A DNA stretch of 63,595 bases, counting the filler, from Guillardia theta CCMP2712 (lineage: Eukaryota > Protista > Cryptophyta), in assembly GCF_000315625.1 (NCBI RefSeq). It is 5 parts of 5 records of this genome, joined end to end, with 100 filler letters (N's around TTAATTAATTAA, not from the genome) between each part and the next. Parts side by side here need not be neighbours in the genome. Positions count along the whole stretch, not along the records: positions 1 to 31,813 come from NW_005434526.1; 4 more parts are not named here. The stretch is one strand, 5' to 3'. The position numbers were made by a program, and so were the translations under genes. Positions within the stretch are counted from its first letter, which is position 1; each line of letters begins with the position of its first letter. Shown piece by piece: positions 1 through 12,896 of the stretch. The notes under the pieces are model-generated. The model saw nothing but the letters and a program-made list of their open reading frames with translations, ran no database searches and was not told the DNA's origin.

Positions 1-1501
1 CCTCTCCTCTCCTCTCCTCCCTCTCCACTCCTCTCCTCTCCTCTCCCTCCTCTCCTCTCCTCTCCTCTCCCCTCCTCTCCTCTCCTCTCCTCTCCTCTCC
101 TCTCCTCTCCTCTCCTCTCCTCTCCTCTCCTCTTCCCTCATCTTCTTCCCTCCCCTCCCCTGCCCCCTCTCACCTCGGCAGCAGAGCATCAAGCATCCTG
201 TCCTGCCTCTCTCGCTGGTCGTGAAGCATCGTGAGAACTTCGGCGTTCTTGTTCTCCTCGTCTATGATCGCGTGATTCATCCACCTCAACGGGATCAGCA
301 CAAGAGTGCTGGGAACCTGCGACAACGATGAGAAAGAGCATGTGTGCGATCTCGACTGACATCTTACGTTGTTTACATAATATCATATCATATCACATCA
401 TATCAGGTCAGGTCAGGTCAGGTCAGGTCAGGTCAGGTCAGGTCAGGTCAGGTCAGGTCAGCCCAAGTCAGCTCAGATCAGCTCAGATCAGATCAGCTCA
501 GATCAGATCAGATCAGATCAGATCGTATCATATAAAATCGCATCATATCACGTATCTCACATTGCATCAGACTATGTTCTTACCATCTCGTTCACGACGT
601 ACATCGCAAGGGTCCACCAGGAGAACTCGGTGTGCCAAACTCCCTCGAACAGTCTGAGAATATGATCGACGACGACGATGAGAATGTAGAGGATGGTAAC
701 AAGATACATCAATCGATCGCTAGTTGCCTCCATCGCCTGTCACATGCTCAGTTCAAAACAATCTTTGACTTTGCCATTGGGCCGTCGTGGTTATCATCAT
801 CTCCATCATCATCTCCATCATCATCTCCATCATCATCTCCATCATCATCATCATCTCCATCATCATCATCATCATCTCCATCATCATCATCATCATCTCC
901 ATCATCATCTCCATCATCATCATCATCATCTCTATCATCATCTCCATCATCATCATCATCATTTCCATCATCATTTCCATCATCATCATCATCATCATCA
1001 TCATCTCCATCCCATCATCATCATCATCATCATCATCTCCATCATCATCTCCATCATCATCTCCATCATCATCATCATCCCATCATCATCATCATCATCA
1101 TCATCATCGTCGTCGTCGTCATCATCATCATACGCACCCCAAGCACAACTCCAAGGAACGCCCAGCTTGTACACGTCATCGCTACAACCCCGTCAAGACT
1201 TCCGCCCGACGTGACGATCTGCGAACAATCAGTTTGAACAAAGAGGCAGTTGCGATGTGTTCACCGGAGTCAACAGGAAGACGAAGATGACAAATCTGAA
1301 AACAATCGTGTAACGAAGCGAGTCGTGCAAGAAAGTTTCACCTGTGTAGCCTCAACTGGTTGATGGAAGAGAAGTAGAAGTCCAAAAAGAAACAAACAAG
1401 CAGAATCACGGAGAGCGCGGCTGCTGCGATAGAAAATTCCTGTACAACAGAGTCAGATCCAAATTGCCAGTGATGTCATCGTCATAATTATCATCTCCAT
1501 C

Positions 1502-1555
<54 letters not shown>

Positions 1556-1605
1556 TCCATCTCCACCATCATCATTATCATCATTATCATCATCATCATC
1601 ATCAT

Positions 1606-1636
<31 letters not shown>

Positions 1637-2066
1637 TCCATCATCATCATCATCATCATCATCTCCATCTCCACCATCATCATTATCATCATTATCATCT
1701 CCATCATCATCGTCATTTCCATCATCATCATCTCCATCATCATCATCTCCATCATCATCATCACCATCATCATCATCATCTCCTCAATCTGCATGATCTC
1801 CAACAACAAGCACAATCATGGCATACCAGCGCTCGAGGGATCTTGACGGGAACGTTGTGAACCCCAGCATATGACTCATGTACAATGACATCATTCCGAT
1901 CAGAGTCTTCGGCTCCGAAGATGATGGAGACGCCAAGAGCGACAGAATGGAAACCGATGGCGATGGCGGACGAGAGGAGGTAGGACCTGCGAGCATGGAT
2001 GGTCCTGCTGGATGAATGAGCCAAGGGGAGGAGATCATCAACCATGGCGGTGGTGAAGAGCATGGC

Positions 2067-2112
<46 letters not shown>

Positions 2113-3080
2113 AAGGACAAGGACGAGGACAAGGAAGAGAAACGGAGAACAAGAGGACAAGTGGGGGGCGAAGTCGAGTTTGATACGACCTGTCGGAAGT
2201 TCTTTTCAATCTTTCCGCATGTTTTCTCTCTGTGATCATCTTGTGCCTCGCAAAGTTTCTACCAGCTTGTCATGAAACGCCGCAAGTATCGTTACATGCC
2301 AACCTGCTAGCGTCGCTTCTTGCAGAGCTGCTACCAACACCTTCTGATTCCTGTATATCATCGTCATCATCGCAAAACTCTCGACACACTGATGTACAAC
2401 CTGATCATACAACCAGAAAGCTGTTCGATGAGCGCTCACACTCCCCCCCCTGCTGTTCAACCCTGTCTCGTTTCCAGACTCCTAACAGAAAGATATGTGA
2501 GAAGAGAAGATAAAGGATGCCGTGAGCAGAAAAGAGAAGAGCAGAGGAGAAGAGGGGAGAGAATGGGGGAGACAGTGCGGTACAAGAAGCAGAAACAAAA
2601 CGAAGCAGGAAGATCGCAACCACAAGTAGCCATCAGATTATGAAAGCTCGTCACATCCTACCACTCTGCTCTCTCCGACCGTAGTCTGACCCTGCGGGCA
2701 ACTGGCTTCAGAGCTTTGAACAGGAGGAAACAACATCCTCGCCATCACCTGCGACATCTTCTCCTCCTGCCTTTCGTTCCCGCGATCGAGACTGAGCAGG
2801 TTCCTGAAAGAGGAGGCACGGGAATGCGCCTTTGCAGCGGCGATCGTATCGCTCATGCCCATATAGATCGGGCCGTCGCCAAGGAAAACTCTGTTGTTCT
2901 TGACCTTGCTGAAGGACGATGCGTACTGAAGGTTTGACAAGTGCTGTAGAAAGACGTGAGACAAGGTGTGAGGAAAGAGAAAGGAAAGATCAACAGTTGT
3001 AAGCCCAAGACATCTCAAGACAACAAGAAAGTTTCTTCTTGTAGAAGAAATGCGAGCGAACAACATTAAGGAGAAGGTAG

Positions 3081-3113
<33 letters not shown>

Positions 3114-5945
3114 AGTGAAAGAGCAAGAGCAAGAGCAAGAGCAAGAGCAAAAGAAGAAGATGAAGGAAAAGAAAGAGACAATACGGTAGCAATCATACAA
3201 CAACGACGATACCCTGTGCAACGAAGGGTCCCTCTTCATCGTAGAAGTCTTGGGAAGCAGATCAGAAGCGCTCCCAAGGTCCTCCTCCTGAGAGTCGCTC
3301 ATGTTTCCCGTGCTGCCCATCAACTCAACGCCTGAGTCCGCGTCCGCATGACCGTCCTTGCCGTCCACTGCGATGGATACATGGAGGCCTTTGCTCGGGT
3401 GGGGGAGAGCGCTACTGGCGAAGTTGGAGTCGTTCTCAACGCTCTGCAAGACGGAATGGAACCTCTCTAGGGAGGGGTTGAGCGAGTAGAACATGTTGAG
3501 AGCCTCGTCGTTCCCCTCCTCCACGTTGATGAGGCATGTCTCTACCGACGTCCCGTCTGCCATGGTCATGGCAGGTGCCGGCTCCGTGTTCCATTCCTGG
3601 CGGAGCAAGTCTGCGGTGGAAGAGCTCAGGTGGACATGCGAAGCAACTCCTTTCTCTTCCAGCTTGCTGGCGATCTGAAAGTTCGAGCCGAAGACGAGGA
3701 ACCTGGGGAGGTAAGAACCCAGGACTGCAGCCATCACATCGCCGCTGTGTATGCCGATGCGTACCTGTTGGAGGAAGTTCAGGGGCGTGCGATGGGGAAT
3801 GTGTTGAGAGAATCATATGGATCAAGACAAGGAAAGTTCAGCATCATCTTATCTCAAGACAGCATGTCAACATTGTGACCACCTCGTCAACATCAAACAC
3901 AAGCTTCAGAAGCGTTCAGAAGCAATCAACGGAGCGTCAATGCTCAAAAAGCGAGACGAACAACTTCTGTCAAATAAGATCGAAAGCTAGTCTAGGGCAA
4001 AGATCACGGCAACAACATTCTGCAAACAGTTCTGACGAGTAATACCTCCAACTGAATCCCAACAGCCTTCGAGATCGACTTGGCGATCTTGACGATGGAG
4101 CATCCCAACAACACTGCTCGATCCGCATGATCGCGACAGGGCTGAGGACCTCCTGCTACGGCGATGTAGCAATCCCCGATCGTCTCCACCTGCACACCGA
4201 TCAACGAGACATCGCACGTGAACAACAAGGAACATGCAACGTCCAACACAGCACGGGAGCAACCTTACCCCTCAACCTCCTCCACCCCTGAGAGAAAATC
4301 TCACCTTCCATATCTTGCCGATCGTCTCTGCTGCAAAGTCGATAGAGGAGAAGAGGGCGTTGAGCAGGTCGATCAACTCGGTAACGGGGAGGGTGGACGA
4401 GATAGAGGAATATTTGACAATGTCCATCTGGAGAATGCTACAGTCCTCGCACCCTGTCAGGGAGTTGGTGTGCCAGTCTGAAGGGTTCATCTCGAAGAAG
4501 ACTCTCGCCGCAAACTTGGGAACCAGGCTCGTGATGAGCTTTTTTGACCTCATGTTCCTCCTCCGGATCTTCGACTCCAGGCAAGTCACAACCTTGCAAC
4601 GCTCCTCTACCCACTCGACCATCTGCTTGTAGATCAACAGCACAAGGAACGGGCAGGCGATCTGGTTCCCAATGTACATGATCGTAAGGAAAACACGGCT
4701 TGTTACACACTCCTTTCGTGGCATCACATCGAAGTAAACAACCACAACAAAGAAACTGCATCGAAGGAGAACAGAAATCAGGAACGCTCGCGCGCTTGTC
4801 TTCTTCACATCATCCCCCAAGAAGTACGTCTCCTCCTCTCTCGCCCCTTCCCGCCGATCAAAGTTCACCCTCGTCCCTAGGTTGATCACAGCCGCCGGGC
4901 CCAGCACACTCCAGATCAGCACGCCGCTGCTGCATCCGTTCTGCACCCCACCAAGGAAAATGTGCATGACCATCGGCAAGAACCCCACGAGCAGGGAGAG
5001 AGAGATGAGGTAGACGAAGAACAAGCTGCTGTACTTCACCTCCATCTCTCCACTTGAGCACTTGGCGGCGAAGTGCCTGAGCAGGAGCAGGCACGATATC
5101 ATGACGACCACATAGAACCCCGGGATGATAGCGTCGTCATACTGCCCCATTCCGATGTACATGAGCGCTATCACAAAGGCTGCGATCGTGCTCAAGGTCC
5201 CCACGAGCAAACCAGCGGCATTGATGGCGAGCGACCTCGCTTGCGTGAACGAGAGCTGCTCCGTAGGCACTGAAGCTTGCGCACTTAGCCACATCACGAT
5301 TGACCTCAGAGTTCTCCTGATGAGAGGAAGCCTATCACTCTCCTCCTGTTCCTCCAGCGCTGCCTCGATGTCGTTGGACAAGATCTGCATCGGTACGCTG
5401 CAGTCCCCGCTGGGCTCGTCGAACATGGCAGGGAACAGCGCTACTGTAGATGTAATCCTCCGGCATTCCAGCGATCGTACGGATCCTAGGGTCGTTGGGT
5501 CTGAGCCATACTGCCGCGTCGGCGACAAAGGAACTGAAGGCACCAAGTCGGATCCAGTCAGGGACAGGCGAGAGACGCGGAAAGAGGAAGATCCTAGAAG
5601 GAACGGGCGGCCAGGGACGTTTCTGAACGCGTTCCTCTCTGTGGTATCCGCATCCACGTTGGCGGAAGAGATGCCATTGGAAACATTTGTGCTTGAAAGC
5701 TCAACGGACTGAGCAATGGGCTCGACCGAAGATTGTAGACGCTGTTGCCCCGGCAGCATCGCACGCACTTTCCGGTATGCAGCGTGAACCACTCACAAAC
5801 AGGTCAGAACGAGGTCACTACATGTGACCTGCATCAACACTGCAGTCATGTCAGACGTGTTCATGCATGAAGAGGGTTGGATAACCGTCTCTGCCTCCTC
5901 CCCCCTCCCCTCCTGATAAGCGGCAACAGCAGAAGCCAAGCGCAT
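1..5945 (-). CDS. Multi-exon membrane class III nucleotide (adenylate/guanylate) cyclase, TM-C1-TM-(C2) architecture; 3' end lies outside the window
   Basis: Exons read TM block, then KKLITSLVP, CSILQMDIVKYS...IWK|VETIGDCYIAVAGG (4004-4450), RIGIHSGDVMAAVLGSYLPRFLVFG (3650-3765). Further hydrophobic exons follow (about 570-780, 1800-2060). The exon at 175-320 ends ...ERQDRMLDALLP, the helix that typically precedes a second catalytic domain. Confidence 0.8.
380..550. repeat. Compound pentamer microsatellite (ATATC/CAGGT/CAGCT/AGATC) in a cyclase intron
   Basis: Directly visible 5-bp repeats whose unit changes along the tract. Confidence 0.9.
790..1790. repeat. Intronic (CAT)n/CTCCAT microsatellite tracts (about 790-1130 and 1480-1790)
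   Basis: Directly visible; they generate the spurious poly-H/I/S/M ORFs. Confidence 0.9.
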
Positions 5946-7179
5946 TGACCAAAAGGGACAATGAATGGGAAGGAGTCGGGGAGGAGGGCAAATGGGGGTA
6001 GTACGACAGCTCACAAAGGGGGTAGTGTGGGCACGACCAAGATCACCGGTGTTTCGAATTCGTATGAAGGGGTGGGGTGGCTGCAGAAACGTGAGAAGGG
6101 GGCAGATCTGGAGATCAACAGGGGGTGGGTACTGCAGTGCACATGATATTTACTATGTAATGTAGGGTGGGGTAGTCTGAAGCCCAGAGGGGGATTTGGT
6201 TGGGGTAGGGTTATTGATAATAAGGGGTAGGGGTACCACAAAAAAGAAACGGGGGTTGCTACCCGAGATTCTAAAATATATTATAGACCAATGACCCCAC
6301 CCATGCAAGAACCGGGAAAAGTAGGTGAGGACATGGGTTGCTCTGTCCAACGGGAGATACACATGGTGGTAGGGTAGATACCCCTATTACATCAATAGAT
6401 GAATATGACAGTAGGGATGTGGGGTAGGGTAGGGTACCCTACCTGACTAATACTGCGACTGCTTATTACACTCAGGGTGTGAAACGACGTGTTCTTCATG
6501 ACCACACAAATCGGATAACATGGTCGGTGGGGTACTTTCAAGTCCGCCTCAGTAATCTCCGTAGCTGAAAGGAAAGTTTGCTTACAACACAAATATTCAA
6601 TTAGTAGGAGGATGTTGCTGCCTCTTTGAAATTCGACGCCGAGGCGCACTTGGCCTGTGACTGAGTCGGACTCCAGTCCGAGCACCGTTGAAAAGTTCGG
6701 CGAGACCCGGGCGTTCGGCCCGGCCGCGGCGGGCCGAGTACCGTACTATGGTCACCAGGCCCGCCTCCGACGACCGACGGTCACCGTGCGTAGTAGACCA
6801 ATCCAGTGACGGTATATGATGATTGCAGTGCTGCCACGTTGAAATTACACGGTGACGTTCACGCCCGGCGGCCCGCCCGGGTCTGCCGCCAGATGATGGG
6901 CCGGGCTGGACCAGGGCAGTCACGCCCGGCCCGCCGAATGGGCCGGGCTCAGCGGCTGGACCTGGCTCAGCCTCAGCAGACCTGAGTTGGGGCCTTCAGG
7001 CTCCGAGGCTCCGACAAAGAAAGGCTCGCCCCGTCCTGCTCTGGCAAGTTTACACCGTACTGTACCCACCACGTCCCTTGCGGCTTCAGTAAGTGAGCTC
7101 AGCCGGGAAGCTGAGTGACTACCGTTGTGTGAGAGGTTTGCTACTTGTATCATAACATTGAACGACAGCGTCTGAAGGC

Positions 7180-9706
7180 TTACACCAGCGCAGCGTTGGC
7201 CGCCTTCTCGGAGGAAGGGACGGAGTCGAGGAACTCCTTGACCTGCACAGCCGTGAGGAAGAAGCAGACCAAGGACAGCAGGAGGTAGATACGGAGAGAG
7301 GGGAAAGTGAGGGGGAGGAGGAGGGTAGGTGCGAGTGAGGAGGATGACAAGAAACATGAAGGAGCTGTTGGAACCTTGGGTGCAGTGTCGACTCCCCACT
7401 GAACGCAGTCGCCGAAGGCAACGCCAGAGACGTAGTTGCCTCCAAGGTACAGCCCAGGGCACTTGCTGAGACCGCTGTTGACCTGCCAAGCGCGTCAGTA
7501 CCGGCAGTGGCCCCGCCAAGCTGAAGTACAGACCTTGCCCATAATCTCCGAGTATCCCTTGTTGTACTGGGGGATGGCCTTGGGCCACTTGCGCACTCCC
7601 AGGACCTGAAAGAGAGCAAATGAGAGGAGAAGACATCAGAGGAGAGGAGAGGAGAGGAGAGGAGAGGAAAGGAGGGGAGGAGGGGAGGAGGGGAGGCGAC
7701 GGATAGACCGAGTGAGCATCGGTAGATGGAAAGGAGAAAAGGATTCCTGACTCTGTTGGAGTGGATGGTTGGAGGAAGAGGGATAAGGAATCCGGGTAGA
7801 AGCGATTGGGAGGGAAGGGGGGCGCGTCGGGGATTGAAACGGGTACTAGGCGGTGAATCGGAAGAGGAGAGCAACAACGGAGCTGCAGTACGAAAAGAAG
7901 TCGCTCTTACCTTTGGCTCAGGAGCTCCTTCCTTGAGGAGGATCTTGCTGACGTCACCATGGACAATCTTTGCCACCTGATGGGCCCATCCTTCAGCACC
8001 TAGGTGAAGGAACAGGACAGAGAAAGACCTCTTCCTCCGAGAGCTCGGCGATGGGAGGGTTGTAGCGGAGAGGGTCCTGGGCTCCTCCGATGTAGCTCAA
8101 CATCATCTCGTAGCCCTCGGGAGCACGGTAGGGGAAGAGCGAGGAGGACCAGATCGTTCCCAAGGTACGGATACCCATGCTGCCCAGCAGGCGTCAGGGC
8201 AAGAGTCAAGAGGGAGTCAACGATGAGGAGGGGAATAGATGGCAGGATCTGGGGAGTTACAGGGGGCGAGAGCGAGAAAAAGGAAGGAAAGGAAGGTGTA
8301 AAGCTTGCGAAGGAAGGAAAGGGGGGGATAATTGCAAGAGCTGAAAAGGAGTAGAAGGAGAACACACCTGCGGGGGATGAGGTTTCCGAACCCGAAGAGC
8401 CTCTTGCCTGCGCGGAGCAAGTCATCATCTGAGCGCTGAAACAAGCTCCTCCTCGTCTCGACTCACCGAGGCCCGGTCTCTCTTTGCGAACCTCGTCCTT
8501 GAGGCACTCCTTGGGGTAGGCGAGAGTGACGGAGTAGACGCACGGGTAGTGGATCTCTTCAAGGGCCTTGCACTCAGGCACAAGCTCGGAGAGCATGCCC
8601 ACGGTAGCATGAGCAGGAGCAGTCACGGCCACAGTCTTGGACCAAACCTCCTTGGAACCCTGGGGGGTCGAAAACTTGGTGACGTATCCCCCATCCTCTC
8701 CCTTGGAGATGGACTCAACCTTCCAGCTGGTCCTCAGGCGATCTCCGAGCTTCTCCTGGGCAGCCTTGGGGAGACTGACAAGACCCTTCCTGAAGGAGCC
8801 GAGAGCCCCTCCCTTGTAGGTTGGCAGCTCAGGGTCATAGTTTTCCCTGGCCTCCTTGGCCCTCTCCGCCTGGCGGATGATGCCTCCCTCGATCAAGCTT
8901 GGGGTCATGCCGAGGTCCTCGAGCGCGTAGATCTTCTTGAAGGCCGAGGCCATGGAGAGCTTGGTGGGGTCACCCGCGTACACTCCCGACACGAAGGGGT
9001 CGATCATCTTCTTGAACACTGCCTCGCCAAGGTGTCGCTCGATGAAGTCCTTCACTGACTCCTCGTAGTCTGGCTTCGGCGCATGCAGGCCGATCGCTCC
9101 GATTCCAGCTCGGATCTTCTCGGGGATGGAGAGCAGGCGGAAGAACGGCGCATCCTCGGGCTTGGAGGGGAGGGGGAAGAGCTCTTTCTCCCAGTACACA
9201 CATCTAGGAAGGGTGTGGTCAGCAAACACAAGCTCGTCCTTCAAGCCAAGATCGACAGCAAGGCGCATGATCTGGCGAGTGGGCTGGAAGGTGTTGGGTC
9301 CTTCCTCCCAAAGAAACCCGTCCTGCTCTCTGGTGATCACGTTTCCTCCCACCACGTCCCTTGCTTCAGTAACAAGGACGTTGACGCCCTTCTGGAACAG
9401 GGAGAACCCAAGAGAAGAGCCGCTCACGCCGCTCCCAATAACAAGTGTGTCGTACTTCTCCATGCTCCCCGCTCCCCATCCTCCCGCAGATTGCATCCCT
9501 CGAACCCCAGCTCCGAACCGAGCCGACCTTCCCCGGAACTGGACCGAGCTGTCTCTAGCGCCTCTTACAGAGGACTTGCCGGTCCATGAGCAGGAAGGCA
9601 TCCTGAGGAGAGCAGGAGAGCTCAGCATGGACGGGCTGGTCACCCAAGCCTTCGTCCTCACCGCCGCCATCGTCACCATCAGCAAAACCTGGCGGGACAT
9701 GGCCAT
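7180..9706 (-). CDS. PPOX: Protoporphyrinogen oxidase (HemY type), plastid-targeted, multi-exon
   Basis: [11 protein letters not shown] motif, [46 protein letters not shown] and [16 protein letters not shown]-region exons. N-terminal signal plus Ser/Arg-rich transit peptide. The last exon ends ...AANAALV-TAA at 7180. Confidence 0.95.
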
Positions 9707-10229
9707 GCCCTTGGAAGAGGTACCTGTCGGCCTCCTTCCTTATTAGCCCTCACTTGTTCTATTAAAGAATATCTTTCTAAGATTGCGGTACAAAAATAGC
9801 CTAATATTCTCTATTGAATCTTTGTGAAGCCTATCGACTGGGGCGGGCTCGATAAATCCCGTCATAAGAAAAACCGTCAATAACGATCTTGATAACGGTG
9901 AGAATTTCTGTAACGAAGTGTAGACCTGAATCGATTAAACCGCCTATGGGGACGATTGGACGAGTGAATAAATCGGTTCGAACCGTAAGAGGGTGATAGA
10001 GTCTGGGCCGTTGACCGCAGATTGGGGGTCGATGGAGGCGGAGGGGTGGAGAGTGCCAGGAGAAGGGAGAGGAGGAGGAGGAGGAGGAGGAGGAGGAGGA
10101 GAGGGAAGTTGAGGAAGGTCATGAGAGAACGAGAGGATCAGCAAGGGAGCATAATGGACAGAGGGTCTGCTGAGAACTCGAGGAAGAGGGGCAGCGGCTG
10201 GTCGAGAACGGTGTTCGACTAGTGAAACT

Positions 10230-11123
10230 ATGCCAAGGAGCAACGGAGGGAAAGTGGTAAGTGGGCAGAGGGAGTGAGGCAGAGGTAAAGCTGCGGGAAA
10301 CCTCAATGGAGGTGCAGGCAAGAAGGGCTGCCGAAGAGGAGTACGCCATCTTTGTGCCCAAGGACGCGAGGGTAAGCAGATGGTGGGAGAGTGTGGCCAA
10401 TGCGACTGACTTGGTGATGGTTTCCTCCAGGAAGCAAAGTTTTCCGAGCAGGTAGCGTGCTGTCTCGCATCGAGATCAGTATGACGTGCTTCGTGCCTGC
10501 AGTTCACGAGCCAGCTGGATTGGCAGATATATCGTTCAGCACAGATCCCTGGGCCGGCAAGTTTTCTTGTCCTTGTGGAGGGGGGGGGGATGGAAGGCAA
10601 GGGTCTCACTTGACTTCGACGTAGGGCTCCTACATCGCATCCAACGAGTATGAGCTCCCCAAGGGAGGGACGTGGTCCAAGTTCAAGACGAAAGGTGTCG
10701 ACCCTCCTGCCGAACCCTGACTTAGTCGTGATTCCCTTCCTATCTCTTCCGTCCCTGCCTCCCTCCTCACCCTCTCCTCCCACCCCCTCCTGTCTCTTCC
10801 CTCCATCTCTCCTCCATTCTCCTCTCTTCCCGCTCCCTCCTCTCCTCCTTTCTCCTGACTCTCACAGCCCCGATCTGCATTCTTGTATTCTTTCTGTCCT
10901 CGCAGCCGTCGCTGACGCTGATTCTTGTCAGGTTACTGCGATGATGTGATCCGTAAGGTGATTGCGCGAGAGATCAGAGAATTGAGAAAATCATCAAGCA
11001 AAATCATCGATGCCATCTAAGAGTCTTCTACATCTTCTCTTTCACTATCACTGTCGTCATCGTCATCTCCATCGTCGTCGTCGTCGTCGTCGTCGTCATC
11101 ATCATCATCATCATCATTATTAC

Positions 11124-11213
<90 letters not shown>

Positions 11214-11724
11214 AATCATCATCTCCTCCTCCACCACCACCACCACCATGTGGAAACAAACTCAGTGATCATTGCNNNNNNNNNNNNNNNNNNNNNNNNN
11301 NNNNNNNNNNNNNNNNNNNNNNNNNNNNNNNNNNNNNNNNNNNNNNNNNNNNNNNNNNNNNNNNNNNNNNNNNNNNNNNNNNNNNNNNNNNNNNNNNNNN
11401 NNNNNNNNNNNNNNNNNNNNNNNNNNNNNNNNNNNNNNNNNNNNTCCTCTTGCCGAAGACCCTCGCTTCCCCTTACCATCGCAGGTTACCTTCATCCTGA
11501 ATATCACCAGCCCCAACCTCCTCCTCCTTCCTCTTCCTCCTCCTCCCCCCTGCTCCCCCTCCTCTTCCTCCCCTCATCATCATCATCATCATCATCATCG
11601 TCGTCGTCCTCCTCCTCCTCCTCCTCTTCCACTTGCTCATTTATGTTGCTTTCCTTTTGCTTGTCTCACTTCAGTTGAGCAGAAAACGGCAAGCGAAAAA
11701 CATGGCACGAAGAAGATACGATAG
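10230..11724 (+). CDS. Putative SHIPPO/STPG-repeat (PGPGxY) ciliary protein, multi-exon, interrupted by an N gap
   Basis: Short exons with GT/GC donors splice to ...AQIPGP|GSYIASNEYELPKGG...; 3' extent is uncertain. Confidence 0.4.
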
Positions 11725-12033
11725 CTGGACGAGGAGCAGGAGGAATTCGAGGAGCAGGAGCAGGAGCAGGAGCAGGGCAAAAGCAGGAGCAGGAGCAGGA
11801 GCAGGAGCAAGAGCAGGAGCAGGAGGTTTTGGGAGGGGGGGGCAGGAAGGGAGGAGAAAGCAGAGGGAGGTGGAGGAGGAGAGTTCGACATCAAGGAACG
11901 GAACAAGGTTGGAGGGAATGTGAGTGAAAAGGGGATGAAGAGGATCGTGTGTGGACATGGAGCAACAAGGTGATGTAGGGAGATTATACATTGAAGATAA
12001 AGAATAAAAGCACAACAACATGTAGACTTGGAA

Positions 12034-12410
12034 TCATTTCAGGTATCCTTTCAAGGCAGGAGGAATGTTAGGGGAAAAAGAGGCAGCTTTTTGCCATTCG
12101 TAGCAGAAACCTGTGTCCTCCTGGGAAACAAAGAGAGGAGAGGAGAGAAGGAGAGGAGAGGAGAGGAGAGGAGAGGAGAGGAGAGAGAAGGGAAGAGGAG
12201 AGGAGAAACAACAAACGTCAACAACTTTCCATTCCCAATAGCAACTGACCTGATATCTGACCATCGGTTGATCTGTTCCATATGGACATTGATAGACAAC
12301 GAGATCTCCAACGTCGATGAGATTGTTGCTGCCGACGTACTTGACAACGTCGACAAGCCTCGTCTGTAACGAGAAGTAAGTAAGTGATTTGAACCATCCA
12401 AAGCCAGATT

Positions 12411-12455
<45 letters not shown>

Positions 12456-12466
12456 TCCATCATCAT

Positions 12467-12545
<79 letters not shown>

Positions 12546-12767
12546 GTCATCGTCATCATCGTCGTCGTCGTCGTCGTCGTTAGCAGCAGCTACATCTAAC
12601 TCACCTTGCTAACTGTATTTCCCAGGTAAATCTCAACAGTAGCGGAGGTGATGGGGATTTTGCTGGCCAACGCACTTGGAGGGTACGCGTTGACCATGAC
12701 ATGATACCTGAAGACAAAGACAGTGATGAGAACGAGGAGAAAGAGGAGGAGGAGAGGAGGAGAAGAG

Positions 12768-12823
<56 letters not shown>

Positions 12824-12830
12824 TGACGAT

Positions 12831-12896
<66 letters not shown>

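Noticed and set aside
632-1815. Poly-His/Ser/Ile/Met ORFs (also about 11010-12580 and other ERRGE/SSPLL ORFs)
   Set aside because: Translations of intronic microsatellites, not genes
8549-9746. Long antisense ORFs over PPOX and other GC-rich genes
   Set aside because: Shadow frames caused by high GC3 codon usage
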